A stretch of 48,019 nucleotides of DNA from Actinomycetota bacterium (GTDB lineage Bacteria; Actinomycetota; CADDZG01; WHSQ01). The notes under the pieces were generated by a model, which was given only the letters and a program-made list of their open reading frames with translations, ran no database searches and was not told the origin of the DNA. Location of the stretch: NCBI GenBank assembly GCA_013695835.1, contig JACCZU010000186.1, forward strand, positions 1-48,019, read 5' to 3'. Both the position numbers and the translations under genes were made by a program. Numbering within the stretch: the first letter of the stretch is position 1; every line of letters begins with the position of its first letter. Positions 10,453 through 19,585 of the stretch are shown one piece after another.

Positions 10453-11407
10453 GGCCCCGCCGCAGGATGCGCTCGGCGGCTGGATCGAAGAGTTCATTGC
10501 CTACGTGCAGTTCGAAAGGGGCTTGTCGGACAACACCATCGAGTCTTACCGTCGAGATTTGGTGAGGTGGCGCGCATACTGCGCGATCAGAGGGATCGGC
10601 GGGGGCGAGGCAGAACCCAAGGACGTGACCGACTACCTCGGACGGCTGCGAGATGGCCGGCCGCCTGCCGCGACCGCGCTGAAGAGCTCCTCAGTGGCGC
10701 GCATGGCCGTGCCCGTGAAGTCGCTTTACCGGTGGCTTGTGCTTCAAGGCCGCATCGCGGACGACCCCACCGCCAAGATGGGTACTCCAGCTCGCCTGCG
10801 ATCGCTTCCAAAGGCAATCTCCGTGGCCGAGGTTACGAGCCTCATCGAGCAACCAGGCGCCGACCTTCTCGGAACGCGCGATCGCGCGATTCTCGAGACG
10901 CTCTACGGCGCCGGACTGCGCATCTCCGAGCTCGTCGCCCTCGATGTCGACGACATCGACCTCGAAGGGAGGTCGCTTCTCGTGCGCTCGGGCAAGGGCG
11001 GCAAGGGCCGGGTTCTCCCCCTGGGAGGAGGCGCGGCACGGGCTCTGGAGGCCTATGCGGTGACGTCGAGACCCGAGCTCGCGCGACGGTCGCAGTCCGC
11101 AGGGCCGGGCGGGGCGCTGTGGATCAATGCGCGCGGGGGCCGGCTCACACGCCAAGGCTGCTGGATGATCCTCAAGCGGCACGCCTCTCTCGCCGGGCTC
11201 GAAGCGCGCATCTCCCCGCATACGCTCAGACATTCGTTCGCAACCCACATGCTGGACGCGGGGGCCGACATTCGCGTTGTGCAAGAGCTGCTCGGCCACG
11301 CGAGTCTCACGACCACCCAGATCTACACGTACGTGAGCGACCGCCGCCTCAGGGAGGTATACATCACCTCTCATCCCCGCGCCGGCCGTTACACCACACC
11401 CGGCTGA
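10415..11407 (+). CDS. xerD: tyrosine site-specific recombinase XerD
   Basis: [17 protein letters not shown] core-binding domain and a catalytic C-terminus [42 protein letters not shown] 10415 is the first plausible start in ORF 10214..11407 and overlaps the ald end. Confidence 0.88.
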   Translation: MGSTASISPTSSEAPPQDALGGWIEEFIAYVQFERGLSDNTIESYRRDLVRWRAYCAIRGIGGGEAEPKDVTDYLGRLRDGRPPAATALKSSSVARMAVPVKSLYRWLVLQGRIADDPTAKMGTPARLRSLPKAISVAEVTSLIEQPGADLLGTRDRAILETLYGAGLRISELVALDVDDIDLEGRSLLVRSGKGGKGRVLPLGGGAARALEAYAVTSRPELARRSQSAGPGGALWINARGGRLTRQGCWMILKRHASLAGLEARISPHTLRHSFATHMLDAGADIRVVQELLGHASLTTTQIYTYVSDRRLREVYITSHPRAGRYTTPG

Positions 11408-11468
11408 AGACCGAGGCGGTGCGATACGCCGCACGGGCCCGCGCCGGCGGACCCGTTACCTTGTTGCG

Positions 11469-12665
11469 ATGACGACGATCGCCGCGCGCGCTGTGATCCT
11501 CATCGTCCTCGACTCGGTCGGCATCGGCGACGCCCCCGACGCCGCGGACTTCGGCGACGAGGGATCGGCCACGCTGCCCAACTTGGCCGCCGCCGTCGGG
11601 GGGGTGGAGTTGCCCAACCTCGAGCGGCTCGGCCTCGGCAACATCGTCGAGGCTCAGGGCCTCGTGCGGGTTGAAGAGCCGGAGGGGGCTTTCGGTGTGA
11701 TGGTCGAGCGCTCCCCTGGCAAGGACACGACCACGGGCCACTGGGAGCTAGCCGGCGTTGTGCTCGAGCGGCCGTTTCCCCTCTATCCGGGCGGTTTCCC
11801 GGCCGAGGTCATGGACGCCTTCGAGGCCGCCATCGGGTCGTCCACTCTCGGCAACGTGGCCGCGTCGGGGACGGAGATCATCGATCGCCTCGGCGAGGAG
11901 CACATGGCGACGGGCCGTCCGATCGTCTATACGTCGGGCGACAGCGTCTTTCAAATCGCTGCGCATACTGACGTCATTGCGCTCGAGCGCCTGTACGAGA
12001 TGTGCGAGGCAGCTCGGGGGATCCTGAGGGGCGACCACGAGGTCGGACGGGTGATCGCAAGGCCCTTCGCCGGTCCTCCCGGCGGCTTCGAGCGCACGCC
12101 GGATCGCCACGACTACTCGGTAGCGCCGCCGCACGAAACGATCCTGGACATCATCTCAGGGGCGGGGGCCGAGGTGTGGGGAGTGGGCAAGATCAAAGAC
12201 ATTTTTGCGGGCAGGGGAGTGACCACCTCACGGCCGACCCGGTCCAACGAGGCCGGCGTTGACGCGATCATCGATGCGACGCTTCGGATCGAGCGGGGCC
12301 TCGTGTTTGCGAACCTCGTCGACTTCGACCAGAGCTACGGGCACCGCAACGATCCGAAAGGATACGCAGCCGCGCTCGAGGCGTTCGACCGGCGCCTGCC
12401 GGAGGTTCTCGCTGCGCTCGGGCCTCGCGACGTCCTGATAGTCACGGCCGACCACGGCAACGATCCAACGACACCGTCGACCGACCATTCACGCGAACGT
12501 GTCCCCGTTCTGTGCGCCGGCGACGCGCTTGCCGCCGGGGTCGACCTCGGCGTAAGGGCCAGCTTTGCCGACTGCGGGGCGACGGTGGCCGAGCTTCTCG
12601 AAGTGGCGTCTCCCCGTGTGGGGACTTCCTTTGCCGCCGAGCTCGGGCCCGGGCGGCGAGCCTGA
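11469..12665 (+). CDS. deoB: phosphopentomutase
   Basis: [38 protein letters not shown] and TADHGNDPT are the metal-site motifs of DeoB. Confidence 0.92.
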   Translation: MTTIAARAVILIVLDSVGIGDAPDAADFGDEGSATLPNLAAAVGGVELPNLERLGLGNIVEAQGLVRVEEPEGAFGVMVERSPGKDTTTGHWELAGVVLERPFPLYPGGFPAEVMDAFEAAIGSSTLGNVAASGTEIIDRLGEEHMATGRPIVYTSGDSVFQIAAHTDVIALERLYEMCEAARGILRGDHEVGRVIARPFAGPPGGFERTPDRHDYSVAPPHETILDIISGAGAEVWGVGKIKDIFAGRGVTTSRPTRSNEAGVDAIIDATLRIERGLVFANLVDFDQSYGHRNDPKGYAAALEAFDRRLPEVLAALGPRDVLIVTADHGNDPTTPSTDHSRERVPVLCAGDALAAGVDLGVRASFADCGATVAELLEVASPRVGTSFAAELGPGRRA

Positions 12666-12732
12666 CCAATTAAGTTCGCGTTCTCGTCCGCCCAATGATG
12701 GGCGTGCGCTAGCCTGGGCCACGCCGAGGGTG

Positions 12733-12746
12733 ACTTGTCAACAAGT
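12733..12746. promoter_or_regulatory. inverted repeat ACTTGT-CA-ACAAGT in the parA upstream gap
   Basis: This 6-2-6 inverted repeat, read directly, lies in an AT-richer island 47 nt before the parA-like start. It contains the recurring word GACAAGTC (reverse strand, 12732-12739). Confidence 0.25.
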
Positions 12747-12792
12747 TCCCTTGGCTACTCGGAGACAGGAGTGGGAGGCGCAGGTGGTGGAC

Positions 12793-13590
12793 ATGGAGCG
12801 CGGGGCGCGCATCATCGCCCTCGCCAATCAGAAGGGCGGCGTGGGAAAGACAACCACCGCCGTCAACCTGTCCGCCGCCCTCGCGGAGCTTGGTCAAAAG
12901 GTGCTTCTTGTCGACTTCGACCCTCAGGGGGGCTGCGCCCTCGGTTTCGGCATCGATCCCGGCGCCCTCGATCTCACCGTCTACGACGTGCTCCTCGACA
13001 GCACCGTGAATGTCACCGACGTTGTGCTGCCGACCTCGGTCGAGGGCCTCGACCTTCTTCCCTCCAACATCGACCTTGCGGCGGCCGAGCTCACGTTGGT
13101 GCAACAGGTGGCGCGCGAGCAGGCGCTTGCGCGTGCCCTCGCGCCGCTGAGGCCGCGCTACGACCTCTTCCTCGTCGACTGTCCTCCTTCGCTTGGGCTC
13201 TTGACCGTCAACGCGCTCACCGCCGCCGACGGCGTCATCGTGCCGCTCGAATGTGAGTACTACGCGCTGAGGGGAATGGCGAACCTGATGCAGTCGATCG
13301 AACGAGTCACCGAATTGCTTAACCCTAAACTGGAGGTGGATGGCATCGTCGCCACCATGTTCGACGGCAGGACCCTCCACGGCAGGGAAGTTCTCGACAG
13401 GGTCAAGGAGGCGTTCGGCCGTTACCTCTTCGACACGGTGATCCGCAAGACCATCCGGTTTGCCGAGGCCCCCGTAGCGGGGGAGCCGATCTTGACCTAC
13501 GCGCCGACCTCGACCGGGGCGGTCGCCTACAGGAAGCTTGCCCAGGAGGTGATGGAGCGTGTCTCGCCGCGCGAGCCTGCCAGGAGCTGA
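12793..13590 (+). CDS. ParA/Soj-family Walker ATPase (orphan; PldP/Rv1708-like position)
   Basis: Deviant Walker A IIALANQKGGVGKTTTAVNLS, then VDFDPQG and LVDCPPSLG. ATG 12793 (or GTG 12784) follows GGGAGG. It lies between xerD and scpAB as in other actinobacteria. Confidence 0.9.
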   Translation: MERGARIIALANQKGGVGKTTTAVNLSAALAELGQKVLLVDFDPQGGCALGFGIDPGALDLTVYDVLLDSTVNVTDVVLPTSVEGLDLLPSNIDLAAAELTLVQQVAREQALARALAPLRPRYDLFLVDCPPSLGLLTVNALTAADGVIVPLECEYYALRGMANLMQSIERVTELLNPKLEVDGIVATMFDGRTLHGREVLDRVKEAFGRYLFDTVIRKTIRFAEAPVAGEPILTYAPTSTGAVAYRKLAQEVMERVSPREPARS

Positions 13591-13939
13591 CGAGCTGTTT
13601 CGCCGAACCTCGGAGGAGGGCGGTCCCGGGCGCCGCAAGGTGTCTCGGGAGCGACAAGACGACAACGCGTCAAATCTACAAGTAGCCGAAGAGACAACGA
13701 CGGACGAGCCGGCCGGCGGGCGCAAAGCCCCGAAGCACGAGGAAAAGATAACCTTCTACTGTACGGCTAGTGATCTCATGGCCTTGGAACGCGCACGCCT
13801 CGGGTTGAGGGCGGATCACGGCATCGCCGCCGACAGGGGCCGTATCGTTCGAGCCGCACTTGCCTACGTGCTCGAGGACTTCGAAGCGAGGCGCTCAGAC
13901 TCCGTCCTCGTGCGTCGCCTGAACGACGAGCCCCGCTGA
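13559..13939 (+). CDS. small protein with a charged N-terminal tail and a C-terminal ribbon-helix-helix-like segment
   Basis: GTG 13559 lies 9 nt after AGGAGG (13544-13549) and overlaps the parA end by 32 nt. GC3 is high. The C-terminal KITFYCTASDLMALERARLGL...DRGRIVRAALAYVLEDF fits a strand-helix-helix pattern. Confidence 0.55.
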   Translation: MSRRASLPGADELFRRTSEEGGPGRRKVSRERQDDNASNLQVAEETTTDEPAGGRKAPKHEEKITFYCTASDLMALERARLGLRADHGIAADRGRIVRAALAYVLEDFEARRSDSVLVRRLNDEPR

Positions 13940-14001
13940 AGCCGGCGGGTGCCCGGCCGGCCCTGGGAGCGTTTACCCGTTTGGTGCGGCCGCCGAGAAC
14001 C

Positions 14002-14622
14002 CTACACAGCGCCCGTAAGGGTGAGGATCCAGCCCTGAACCGCGACGATCACGGGGAACAGGAACTCGAAGCCCGTGAAGAACAGCAGCACGAGGAGCAC
14101 GACGAAGCCGTAGCGGTCGAGCCAGAAGATGACCTTCTGCTGCGAGGGCGGCAGGAAGATCGTGAGCAGCCTCGAGCCATCGAGCGGCGGCAGTGGAATC
14201 AGGTTGAAGACGGCGAGCAGGACGTTGATCGACACGAAGCGGCTGAGGAACTCTGCCGCGAGCTGGGAGCCCCCCAACAGGGTCAAGCCGAACGCCCCGA
14301 TGACCGCGAGCACGAGGTTCATGCCGGGCCCTGCGAGGGCAACTATGGCGGCTCCGAAGCGCCGGGATGCGAGTGCTTCGGCGCGGAACTCGACGGGCTT
14401 GCCCCAGCCGAAGCCGACGAGCAGGATGGCGATGGTCCCAAGGGGGTCGAGGTGGCGGGCCGGGTTGAGGCTGACCCTGCCCATGGCGCGGGGCAGGCGA
14501 TCGCCCTGCAGGTCCGCAGCGTAGGCGTGGCCGAACTCGTGAAGGCTGATCGCCCCAACCAGGGAGATCGCTAGCAGCACGAACGTAAGGGGCTCGGATC
14601 GGAGCAGCGAGATTAGTCCCAT
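14002..14622 (-). CDS. site-2 protease family (peptidase M50) zinc metalloprotease
   Basis: HEFGHAY (HExxH) sits in the first TM region, followed by NLIPLPPLDGS (the LDG motif). The protein is 206 aa and polytopic. Confidence 0.85.
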   Translation of the reverse strand: MGLISLLRSEPLTFVLLAISLVGAISLHEFGHAYAADLQGDRLPRAMGRVSLNPARHLDPLGTIAILLVGFGWGKPVEFRAEALASRRFGAAIVALAGPGMNLVLAVIGAFGLTLLGGSQLAAEFLSRFVSINVLLAVFNLIPLPPLDGSRLLTIFLPPSQQKVIFWLDRYGFVVLLVLLFFTGFEFLFPVIVAVQGWILTLTGAV

Positions 14623-14729
14623 GATTGCTTTGTAGTCTAGGGCCAGGCTGCCCGAACATCACTGCTTGGGCAATGGTAGATCCAGACAACCTACCGACCC
14701 GATCCTCTAGATAAAGGAGAGCTTTAGGT

Positions 14730-15749
14730 ATGGCCCAACGGGAGGCCCGAAGTGGGCGGGTCTTTAGCGGGATTCAACCGAGCGGTGAGCTTCACCTTGG
14801 GAACTACCTTGGGGCCGTGCGCCACTGGGTCACCGCTCAGGAAGCTCGAAACGCCTTTTACTGCATCGTCGATCTGCATGCCATGAGCCTTCCATGGGAG
14901 CCGGCCGAGCTGAGGGCCCGCACGGTCGAGACGGGTGCCCTGTTGATCGCTTGCGGGCTCGATCCGAAGCGTTCCGGGCTGTTCGTTCAATCGCAGGTCC
15001 CCGCCCACGCCGAGCTGTCGTGGATCCTGAGCTGCGTCGCCCGCATGGGTGAGCTCAGGCGGATGGTGCAGTTCAAGGAGAAATCCATGGGCGCCTCGGA
15101 GTCGGTCGGGGTCGGGCTGTTCACCTATCCCGTGCTCCAGGCGGCAGACGTGCTCCTTTACAGGGCGTCGGGCGTTCCGGTGGGAGAGGATCAGCGGCAG
15201 CACATCGAGCTGATGAGGGATCTCGCCGTCCGTTTCAACAGGCGTTTCGGCGATACCTTCGTGGCCCCCCACGCCGAGATCGCTGCCTCGGGCGCTCGCA
15301 TCATGTCGCTCGACGACCCGACCCAGAAGATGAGCAAGTCCGTGGGGGGGCCCGGCTCTAAGGTCCTGCTCATCGATCCACCCGAGGCGATCACCAAGAA
15401 GATCCGCTCGGCGGTCACGGACTCGGGGCGCCGGGTGGCAGCGGGGGAGGGAAAGCCGGCGCTCACGAACCTGATAACGCTCTATGCGCTTGCCGAGGGC
15501 TCGAGTGTTGCCGCAGTCGAAGAGCGATTCTCCTCGGCGGGCTACGGCGAGTTCAAGAGCGCCCTCGCGGATCTGCTCGTCGCCACCCTTGCGCCCATCC
15601 GGCAGCGCTACGACGAGCTCATCTCCGATCGGGCCGAGACCGAGCGGTTGCTCGGCTCTGGGGCAGCGGCGGCGGCCGAGGTGGCGGAGACGACCATGCG
15701 TGACGTCAGGGCGCGTGTCGGGCTGCCCGAGCGCGCCGCGCCTTCGTGA
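14730..15749 (+). CDS. trpS: tryptophan--tRNA ligase
   Basis: FSGIQPSGELHLGNYLGA (HIGH-like) and KMSKS motifs are present. Length is 339 aa. Confidence 0.95.
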   Translation: MAQREARSGRVFSGIQPSGELHLGNYLGAVRHWVTAQEARNAFYCIVDLHAMSLPWEPAELRARTVETGALLIACGLDPKRSGLFVQSQVPAHAELSWILSCVARMGELRRMVQFKEKSMGASESVGVGLFTYPVLQAADVLLYRASGVPVGEDQRQHIELMRDLAVRFNRRFGDTFVAPHAEIAASGARIMSLDDPTQKMSKSVGGPGSKVLLIDPPEAITKKIRSAVTDSGRRVAAGEGKPALTNLITLYALAEGSSVAAVEERFSSAGYGEFKSALADLLVATLAPIRQRYDELISDRAETERLLGSGAAAAAEVAETTMRDVRARVGLPERAAPS

Positions 15750-15920
15750 TCGCCTAAAGACGTTTTCTCCGGGGGCGGCGGACATAGGCTTGAGGGATGC
15801 TCGGCGATGCGATGAACCCCCAAAAGTAGTGGTGAAGTTGCTAAGTCGACAAGCAGACAAGTCGTCACACTTGGCGACAGTGAGTGCGCGCATGGGACCC
15901 CGCCACGACCTGAGCGCGAC

Positions 15921-16688
15921 ATGACCTACGAGGTCAAGGCGGGGGCCTTCGAGGGGCCCATCGACCTCCTTTTGAACCTGATCACCCGCAGGCGGGTGGA
16001 CATCTACGAGGTCTCGTTGTCGGCCATAACCGACGAGTACATGGCGGTCCTCGACGACATGCCGGAGCTCGACCTCGAGACCGCCACCGGCTTCCTGGTT
16101 GTGGCCGCCGCCTTACTCGAGCTCAAGGCTGCGCGCCTGCTGCCCACCCAGGCGGCCGAGGGGGCGGTGGATCCCACGCTCCTCGAGCAGCGGGACCTGC
16201 TGCTTGCCAGGGTGGTTGAGACGGCAACGTATAGGGAGGCGGGGGCGTTCATCGCTGCCGCCCTGCAGCGCGGCGAGGGGTGGCACCCACGGGTGGTGGG
16301 CCTCGAGGAGCGCTACGCTCACCTCGGACCCGACCCCCTGGCGACGACGTCGGTCGCCGACCTCGCGCTGGCGGCCGCTGCAGCGCTCATCCCCCGGCCC
16401 CGCCACGAGCTTGATACCTCCTACGTTGCCCCGGCGCGGGCTTCTCTGCCCGAGGTCATAGCCGAGCTGGCGCGCTCCCTGGCGGGGCGTGATGGCGCAA
16501 CCCTCGAGGAGCTGTGCGGGCGCGCAGCAGGACGGGACGAGGTTGTGGTGAGGTTTCTCGCTCTGCTCGAGCTCTACAAGTCGGGCGCGGTCGAGCTCAC
16601 ACAGCAGGGGCGCTTCGGCGACATCCGGGCGGCGTGGACGGGGTCGGTCGCCGTTGGCCATGTCCACTTGGACGATTTACCTGGATGA
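15921..16688 (+). CDS. scpA: segregation and condensation protein A
   Basis: FEGPIDLLLNLITRRRVDIYEVSLSAITDEY is the canonical ScpA N-terminus. The gene is followed by scpB. Confidence 0.9.
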   Translation: MTYEVKAGAFEGPIDLLLNLITRRRVDIYEVSLSAITDEYMAVLDDMPELDLETATGFLVVAAALLELKAARLLPTQAAEGAVDPTLLEQRDLLLARVVETATYREAGAFIAAALQRGEGWHPRVVGLEERYAHLGPDPLATTSVADLALAAAAALIPRPRHELDTSYVAPARASLPEVIAELARSLAGRDGATLEELCGRAAGRDEVVVRFLALLELYKSGAVELTQQGRFGDIRAAWTGSVAVGHVHLDDLPG

Positions 16689-16701
16689 GAGAGGAGGGCG
16701 C

Positions 16702-17265
16702 ATGACCGTGCCGGACCGCAAGATCGTGGAGTCGATCCTGCTGCTCGCGGGTGACCCGGTGCCCGCAGGGGCGATCGGGGAGGTGCTCGAGAAGCCTAAA
16801 GCCGAGGTCGAGGTTTTGCTGAGTGACCTGGCCGCCGACTATGAGTCCGCCGAGCGCGGATTCGTTCTGAGGGAGACGGCGACCGGTTGGAGGCTCTACA
16901 CCCACCCCGACTCGGCTCCGTGGCTCGAGCGCTTCGTGATCGGCGACCGGGCCGGCAGACTGTCGGGCCCCGCCCTCGAGGTGCTTGCGATCATTGCTTA
17001 CCGGGGGCCGATCGCCAGATCGCAGATCGCCGAGTTACGGGGTGTCGACTCGGATGGGGTGGTGAGGACGCTCGTTCACAGGGGCCTTGTCGTCGACACC
17101 GCGCGCGCTCAGGGTCAGGGGGGTCCGAGCCTGCTCGTTGTTAGCGATGACTTTCTCGAGAAGATGGGGCTCAGTTCGATCGAAGCGCTCCCTCCGCTCG
17201 CCGGGTTCATGCCCGATGCCGAAGCGATCGAGGCAATGGAGGCGAGGCTGTCTCCGGGGGCGTGA
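16702..17265 (+). CDS. scpB: segregation and condensation protein B
   Basis: ATG 16702 follows GAGGAGGG. IVESILLLAGDPV...GFVLRETATGWRLYTHPD...LEVLAIIAYRGPIARSQIAELRGV is typical of ScpB. Confidence 0.9.
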   Translation: MTVPDRKIVESILLLAGDPVPAGAIGEVLEKPKAEVEVLLSDLAADYESAERGFVLRETATGWRLYTHPDSAPWLERFVIGDRAGRLSGPALEVLAIIAYRGPIARSQIAELRGVDSDGVVRTLVHRGLVVDTARAQGQGGPSLLVVSDDFLEKMGLSSIEALPPLAGFMPDAEAIEAMEARLSPGA

Positions 17266-17987
17266 GCGGTGAGGGGCAACGTCTCCAGAAGGTGCTCGCA
17301 CGCGCCGGAGTGGGCTCGAGGCGCACGGTCGAAGAGTGGATATCGGCGGGAAGGATAAGCGTCAACGGGAGCACCGCCCGCCTCGGGCAAAGGATCGACC
17401 CCGCGAGCGACGTGGTCGAGCTTGACGGTTCACGCGTGCCGCTTGGGGCCGAGCTCGTCCACTACTTGCTCAACAAGCCCCCCGGCGTCGTCACCTCAGC
17501 GGCCGACCCCGAGGGGAGGCGCACGGTGCTCGACATCGTCGACATACCGGTGCGCGTGTGGCCCGTCGGCCGTCTCGACATCGACACAGAAGGGGCGCTC
17601 CTGCTGACCAACGACGGCGAGCTCACGTTCAGGTTGACCCATCCAAGCTATGAGGTACCAAAGACCTACCTTGCCGATGTGGCGGGCGCGCTCGGCGCGC
17701 GGGCCGTCAAGGAGCTGTCGAGGGGTGTGCCGCTTGAGGACGGTATGACGAAGCCCGCCGAGGCGACGCTGATCGAGCGCTCGACCGGGGGGAGCCTCGT
17801 CCGGCTTACGATCACCGAGGGTCGCAACCACCAGGTGAAGCGCATGTTCGATGCCGTCGGCCACCCGGTGACGAGGTTGGTGCGGATCGGAGTCGGGCCC
17901 GTGAGCTTGGGCCGCCTCAAGCCCGGCACCGTGCGTCGGTTATCAATGGCGGATGTGCGTGCTCTTTACCGCTCCTGCAATCTATAG
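17262..17987 (+). CDS. rluB: pseudouridine synthase, RsuA/RluB family
   Basis: S4 domain (RLQKVLARAGVGSRR) and catalytic GRLDIDTEGALLLTNDGEL. The position after scpB is conserved. Confidence 0.88.
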   Translation: MSGEGQRLQKVLARAGVGSRRTVEEWISAGRISVNGSTARLGQRIDPASDVVELDGSRVPLGAELVHYLLNKPPGVVTSAADPEGRRTVLDIVDIPVRVWPVGRLDIDTEGALLLTNDGELTFRLTHPSYEVPKTYLADVAGALGARAVKELSRGVPLEDGMTKPAEATLIERSTGGSLVRLTITEGRNHQVKRMFDAVGHPVTRLVRIGVGPVSLGRLKPGTVRRLSMADVRALYRSCNL

Positions 17988-18050
17988 ACATATCGATCAA
18001 TCCACTCATAGATAAGGGAACGAGTTGATAAGTAGGCCGGGGAGGGCTCG

Positions 18051-18419
18051 TTGAGCGGCCGCCTCACGGCGTTGAGGGGGGCAACGACCGTGGTTGGCGA
18101 CGAAGCGGCCGCCATCGTTGACGCCACGGTTGAGTTGCTCGAGACCCTTTTCGATCGCAACGGCGTGAGGCACGACGACCTCGTGAGCCTGGTTTTCACT
18201 GCGACTCCCGATCTCTCCGCAGAGTTCCCAGCGGCCGCTGCGAGAAAGATCGGCATCTCCGAGGTGCCGTTGCTTTGCGCCCGCGAGATCGAGGTTCCCG
18301 GCGCCGTGGCGCGCTGCATCCGGGTGCTCGTCCACCTCTACAGCGATCGAGAGCGGGCCGAGCTCCGCCATGTGTACCTGGGCGAGGCCCGCCGGCTACG
18401 CACCGATCTGAGCGAATGA
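18051..18419 (+). CDS. aroH: chorismate mutase, AroH (B. subtilis) class
   Basis: LRGATTV...LVFTATPDL...FPAAAAR...CIRVLVHL...RHVYLGEARRLRTDL aligns with recalled B. subtilis AroH. The start is TTG, preceded by GGGGAGGG. Confidence 0.85.
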   Translation: MSGRLTALRGATTVVGDEAAAIVDATVELLETLFDRNGVRHDDLVSLVFTATPDLSAEFPAAAARKIGISEVPLLCAREIEVPGAVARCIRVLVHLYSDRERAELRHVYLGEARRLRTDLSE

Positions 18420-18441
18420 TCCCTCAAGTAAAGGTTGAGGT

Positions 18442-19566
18442 GTGACCGAGCAGGTAGCAGTAATTGGTACAGGGCTGATCGGCGGCTCGATCGCGCTCGG
18501 TCTGCGCTCCGGGCAGCCTGAGCTGCTTGTGTCCGGCTATGACGCCGACCCCGATGCTCTGGCGGCGGCGGTGGCCTGTGGCGCAATCGGCCGGCCGGCG
18601 CCCTCGGCGGCCTCGGCGGTGAAAGGGGCAGGGCTTGTGGTAGTCGCGACTCCCGTGGATGCGATCGCCGACGTGTGCCGCGACCTCGCCGGAGCGGTAT
18701 CGCCTGAGGCGGTGATCACGGACGTCGGCAGCGCAAAACGGGAGGCGGTGGCGAATGGTGAGGACGTCTTCGGCGATCGCTTCGTGGGAGGGCATCCCAT
18801 GGCCGGTTCCGAGCGACACGGCGTCGGGGCCGCCGACGCCGGGCTGTTCGATGCGGCGTGGTGGATCCTCACGCCGACCTCCACGACGTCTGCAGACGCC
18901 TACTCGAGGGTGGCGCGGCTCGCATCGGGGCTCGGCGCCAAGCCGGTGGCGGTGGATGCCGTCGTGCACGACGCCCTCGTCGCGCGGCTCAGCCATGTCC
19001 CGCAGCTAACCGCAAGCGCCCTGGTCGACGTCGCGGCGGCGGCGGGGGACCGAGACGCCCTGCTCGAACTTGCTGGGCCCGGGTTCAGGGACGTCACCAG
19101 GATCGCAGCGAGCAGCCCCGACCTCTGGATCGCGATATTGCGCTCCAACCGTGAGGCGGTACTTGAGGCTTTGGACGGGCTGCGGGGGCGCCTCCATCGC
19201 ATCGCCGGGATGATCGCGCAGGAGCACTGGGCCGAGCTGCGCGCTTTCTTGGAGTCGTCGCGCAGAGCGCGACTCGGCCTCTTCGCCAAACCCGAGTACG
19301 GCGGCCCGCCTGTGACCCTGAGCTTCATGGTGCCGGACCGGCCCGGCGTGTTCGCCCAGGTGACGACTGCGGCAGGCGAGCTCGGCGCGAACATCGAGGA
19401 CCTCAGGGTTGTGCATTCGACGGAGGGTGGGGGCGGCCGCCTGGAGTTGGTCATCACGGGCGAGGACAGGGCGGACGAGCTGACGGAGGCGCTAACGATC
19501 CTCGGCTACCGAGTCGAAAGGTCGGCGGGGTCCGGAGACATGACCACTAGTCGACTTAGCGACTAG
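18442..19566 (+). CDS. tyrA: prephenate dehydrogenase with C-terminal ACT domain
   Basis: Rossmann VAVIGTGLIGGS, then GGHPMAGSE, and a C-terminal ACT-like VPDRPGVFAQVTTAAGELGANIEDLRV. Confidence 0.9.
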   Translation: MTEQVAVIGTGLIGGSIALGLRSGQPELLVSGYDADPDALAAAVACGAIGRPAPSAASAVKGAGLVVVATPVDAIADVCRDLAGAVSPEAVITDVGSAKREAVANGEDVFGDRFVGGHPMAGSERHGVGAADAGLFDAAWWILTPTSTTSADAYSRVARLASGLGAKPVAVDAVVHDALVARLSHVPQLTASALVDVAAAAGDRDALLELAGPGFRDVTRIAASSPDLWIAILRSNREAVLEALDGLRGRLHRIAGMIAQEHWAELRAFLESSRRARLGLFAKPEYGGPPVTLSFMVPDRPGVFAQVTTAAGELGANIEDLRVVHSTEGGGGRLELVITGEDRADELTEALTILGYRVERSAGSGDMTTSRLSD

Positions 19567-19585
19567 GTAACTAAATAACTAGGCG

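Noticed and set aside
14623-14729. T-box or other leader upstream of trpS, including the hairpins GGTAG...CTACC and TAAAG-gagag-CTTTA around the Shine-Dalgarno sequence.
   Set aside because: The gap is only 107 nt and shared with a divergent promoter. The stems are 5 bp, and no T-box or specifier features are visible.
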